A stretch of DNA of 64,000 bases, from NCBI GenBank assembly GCA_012295275.1, contig CM022679.1, positions 25,172,001-25,236,000 of the forward strand, written 5' to 3'. This document shows positions 37,051 to 64,000 of the stretch, in pieces; within the stretch, counting starts at the first letter, position 1, and each line of letters begins with the position of its first letter. Origin of the DNA: Chrysomallon squamiferum. Taxonomy: Eukaryota; Animalia; Mollusca. A program made the translations under genes and the position numbers. The notes beneath the pieces were generated by a model that did no database searches, had not been told where the DNA came from, and worked only from the letters and a program-made list of their open reading frames with translations.

Positions 37051-39399
37051 TAAAAAATAAATAATAATATAAAAATTGTTATTATCGTTTATCATAGTTT
37101 AAGTCGTGGTAGACGCATGACGGTGATGATGGTTCTAATTTAGGATACCTCTACTCAGAAGAGTGCAACGGCCCTGGGTTGAGGGAAATCCAGTCAAAGA
37201 GTGAAAATAAAATTATTGTTATTATTATATTTGCTTTTGAAATCTGAAATTACCTATGCTGACTATGTTGTAAAGAAAGATATTCTTTCTTTCTCTTTTT
37301 TTTCTCTGTATATCTGTCTCTTTATAGTTTTTTTTTTTTTTCATGTTCAGTGATTCAGTGTATTATATTTATATTCAAAGTCTTTCGGTTACCATCCATA
37401 ACTTGTCTTGGTCAGTATAATGTTAATTGGGTATCTCCGTTGTCATAACTTTTGAACAAGAAATGCCACTGCAAGATATCGGAAGAAACGATGAAAAAAT
37501 AAAAATAAAAAATAAAAAACGCACATCAATCCCCCCCCATAAACCCCCAAAAAAATAAAATAAAATAAAATAAAATAAATAAACGCTAAAAGCAGAAGCA
37601 AATAATTATTTTATTAGTATATTTTAATAATAATAATAATATTATTATTATTAATATTTACTTATATATATGCATTTTGTGCTTACCATAAACAAGATAT
37701 ATAAATACTTAATAAATAAATATTTGTCATTGCAGCCATCAAAAAAGACATCCAAGGTGGTAAAAAAATACAGTTAATGTTAAATCAGAAACAGTGTCCT
37801 TGGGGTTCTCTCGATTTTTTAATAATTTATAAACGTGACAGAACTAAAGTCGTTGTCATTTTCATTGATTCAGTAATATTCATTAATAACTTGAAATGAA
37901 CCTTTTGCAAAAACAATAACATTAAAAAAAAATAATAATAATTAGAAAAACAAAAGATAATAATAATAATAAAATTAAAAAAAAAAAAAAAATAAAGAAT
38001 AAAAGAAGAAGGTATATCTACAGTTGAAATTTTTTTATTTCTAAAGTTCCAGTTACTAAACCTAATGTTATAATAGGAAACAAAAAGAAATATCGCATTA
38101 AGACCTGATCCTTGTAAGGACATCACATACCAAGGCTTTAAGCTGTGTCCTACCTCTTCACAACCAGGTAATATAGTAATTTACTTAGGCTGCTTTTGTT
38201 CTGATCAGATATTTCAGTTTAAGTGTAGATGATTGACATACATTTAATAAGTAAGATAGAACCAGAGACTGACACGCTACAGGACAATATAAATAAAGCT
38301 AAAGAACACCCGACAAGTACAGAAGAATAATGCCAAGAGCTTGCAAATGTTTTAAATAAATCCAACGCTGAGCAGAAGAAACTGAGAACAGAGAAAAGAG
38401 AACAGATAAAAAAAACTGAGGCTGGAATATCTTCACCAAATGTTGTATCAGTGCTGGAATAATGTTTTTGTAAGTTATAAAACTGGAGAAAAATACAAAC
38501 ACCTGTTTATATATATATATATATAAACACCTATAGCTATTGAATGGCAAATTCAAAGCAAATATATATTACATTTAATTTTATTACTGTATTATTACTA
38601 TTTTATTTTATTATCCTTTTTGTTGTTTCAGATATGATGTTAACTTGTACAGCAGTATAATGAATATTTGATTGCATATAGGATTGTGGCCCAGATGATA
38701 TCACCGGTTGCACTTTGTTAAAGCTTCTAACTTTACAAGTTTTTTAAATACACTATGTCGCTTATTCATTTCAGAATCTGTTTGATATGCAAGTGAGATA
38801 TTATAAACTTTTCAGAAAAAAGATAAAATAATAGTAATAACAAATAAACATAATAATAAATAAAAATCAATAATAATAAAAAAAAGAAGATGAAAAACTG
38901 AATACGTTGTTCCGCCTTTTTCTGTAGACACAGGACAGATTATTAATCATTATTAGCAGATATAAAATGTCAAAAATTATTCCGGGAAATTGCGTGGAAG
39001 ATCTGACAGTATTAACGCCTGTTTGCTCCAATTACACTGAATCAGACTGAAGCTGTTTTCGTTATGGTAATACATCAAGTATCTGAAATGTTCATTTAAA
39101 ATAACTGATGCAGTAATATTTTGAAATTACAACTTACCAGACAGTGAGAACATTAAATAAAATAATAAATGTTCTGACTGTTCAGCTGTAGCTGCATTTC
39201 TAAAAATCTCGTAAGCACATTTTATCAACTTGTATATGATTCTTTTTAATTAAGTGTTCAACATTAACTTTAATTTAAAATAACCAGTGTGAAGTTATAA
39301 AAAATATGAAGAATTAAAACATAAATTGTAACTTATCTTCCATCAAACAAATTTTCAAAGAAAGCGTTCTGTGACATTGATCAAATATAGCATCTTGAC

Positions 39400-40579
39400 A
39401 TTTCTTGTTGTCGATGCTGTAGTGCAGGTTGTCTATGATGTCGATGTTACGGTAGCGGGACCAGCCTTAGATATTATAAAACATGTCGAATTACTAGGAG
39501 TGGTCGCCGAGGTGGAGGATTCCTTCTTAGTGACGGCTGTTTCTCTGGTTGCTGCCGGTAGTATAGTGACGATTGTCTCATTTGTCGTTGATGTATTTGA
39601 TGTGGCACCTGTCGTGAATATTTTTGTCGAACGATTGCTAGATGTAGTAACGAAAGAGGAAGACTTCGGACTAGTGCTTCTCTACGAAGTCGATGTTACG
39701 GTTCTAGGAGCAGCCTTGGAAATTCTAGAAGACGTCAGAGTCCTGGAAGACTCCTTTGTAGTGACCGAGCTGTACTCACGGTTATCTGTTGTGAAAGTTG
39801 TCGTAGATACGAAGTAGACAATTCCAGAGTAGTGGTTGTTGATGCTGTCGATGCTGTAGATGTAGTAGTGCTGTTTTCCTCTGATGTCGATGTTACGGTT
39901 GTAGGAGAGGTCGTTTAAATTGCTGAAGAGGTGGCAGTGCTTTCATCGCAAGATTCGTTCGTATTCACGATTGTATCTAGAATGCAGTCGGTATTGTAGT
40001 GAAGGCTGTCGCTGTTGCAATCGATGAATTTCAGGTGAAATCTGTCGTAGAAGTGGCTGTCGATGAACTCTTAGAAGTAGAAAGGGAAATCGAAGATTCC
40101 AGAGTAGTGCTTGTTGATGCTGTCCATGCTGTAGTGCTACTTGTCGATACTGTATTGCTGCTTGTCTCTGATGTCGACGATACGGTTGCAGGAGCAGTTG
40201 TGGAAATTATTGAAGACGTCCCACTGCTAGGAGTGGACACATTGGTGGAAGATTCCATCGTAGTAACGGATGTATCTGTCGTTGCTCTCGGTGTTGAAGT
40301 GACGATTGTCTCAGTTGTGTTTGATGAATTTCTTGTGGAAGGTCTCGTGGAAATTGTTGTCCAAGGACTGCTAGAAGTAGAAAATTGTGTAGTGATTGTT
40401 GATGCTGTAGATGCTGTCGACCCTGTTTTTATCTGATGTCGAAGTTAAGGTTGTAGGAGCAGTCGTGGAAATTGATGTAGAAGTGCCACTGCTTACAGTG
40501 GTATGCGAGGTTAAAGATTCCTTGGTACTCTTGCTTTTTTCTGTGGTTGCAGTGGGTATTCCAGTTACGACTGTCTCTG
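39400..40579 (-). repeat. Decayed mucin repeat sequence downstream of the gene D stop codon
   Basis: Same KESS/ISTTAP/TSTS-type motifs but diverged and broken by frameshifts; only short ORFs remain (40371..40601, 40031..40258). Confidence 0.7.
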
Positions 40580-63556
<22,977 letters not shown>

Positions 63557-63570
63557 CTTCAGTAACGAAA

Positions 63571-63643
<73 letters not shown>

Positions 63644-64000
63644 AGGAAGGAAGGAACGGATGTTTATTCAAGATATATAATATTCTATACGAAACAAGTA
63701 AGAAAGAACCTGCATTTCATGAATTTTTAGGTAGATTATAAACTCCTCCGAGTGTTTTAACAGAATGTGCCGTGGAACTGTTGGCTCTGATGGACAATCT
63801 GAGTAACTAGGGAGGATTAACGATAATCAAGTTACAGCCATTTCTGAAGTACGATCTAGAACCTTTGAAATGTCATAAAATAAAATTGCCTTCGATTGTT
63901 TGGCCATCCTTCTTAAGGTTCTAATCATTAAATAATTTCTGGTATTGTATTAAGACAATTAGACCATTAAAGTGGACTGATACATGGAACAAAAATAAAA

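Noticed and set aside
36500-39400. Searched for a terminal CBM14 or transmembrane exon of gene D, or an RNA gene
   Set aside because: No six-Cys pattern, splice-consistent exon, tRNA or rRNA recognisable by eye.

Overview
AT-rich, microsatellite-dense animal (invertebrate-type) genomic DNA. Hand-splicing GT-AG exons with consistent phases gives four protein-coding genes. (A) 14717->3263, minus: signal peptide, two tandem GH18 chitinase-fold domains and a ~580-aa Thr-rich mucin tail (~1377 aa). (B) 20076->25552, plus: a 467-aa secreted GH18 chitinase with intact DxxDxDxE and a C-terminal CBM14. (C) 36417->~27211, minus: a PX-SH3-RhoGAP of the ARHGAP32/33 (CdGAPr) family whose arginine finger is Trp, so probably a pseudo-GAP. 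(D) >63556->~40580, minus, 5' end outside the window: a GH18 domain followed by one ~19.4-kb exon encoding a ~6,400-aa Ser/Thr mucin made of ~13 copies of a 1,419-bp higher-order repeat. All three mucin-linked GH18 domains carry DxNxE instead of DxDxE plus further active-site changes while keeping most sugar-stacking Trp residues. This suggests a chitin-tethered mucin (chitolectin or transglycosylase) system clustered with one conventional chitinase. Also present: inverted gene-fragment relics, a decoy splice acceptor and a deleted Tigger/pogo element. Gene models come from manual reading without transcript evidence, and all functional statements are inference.
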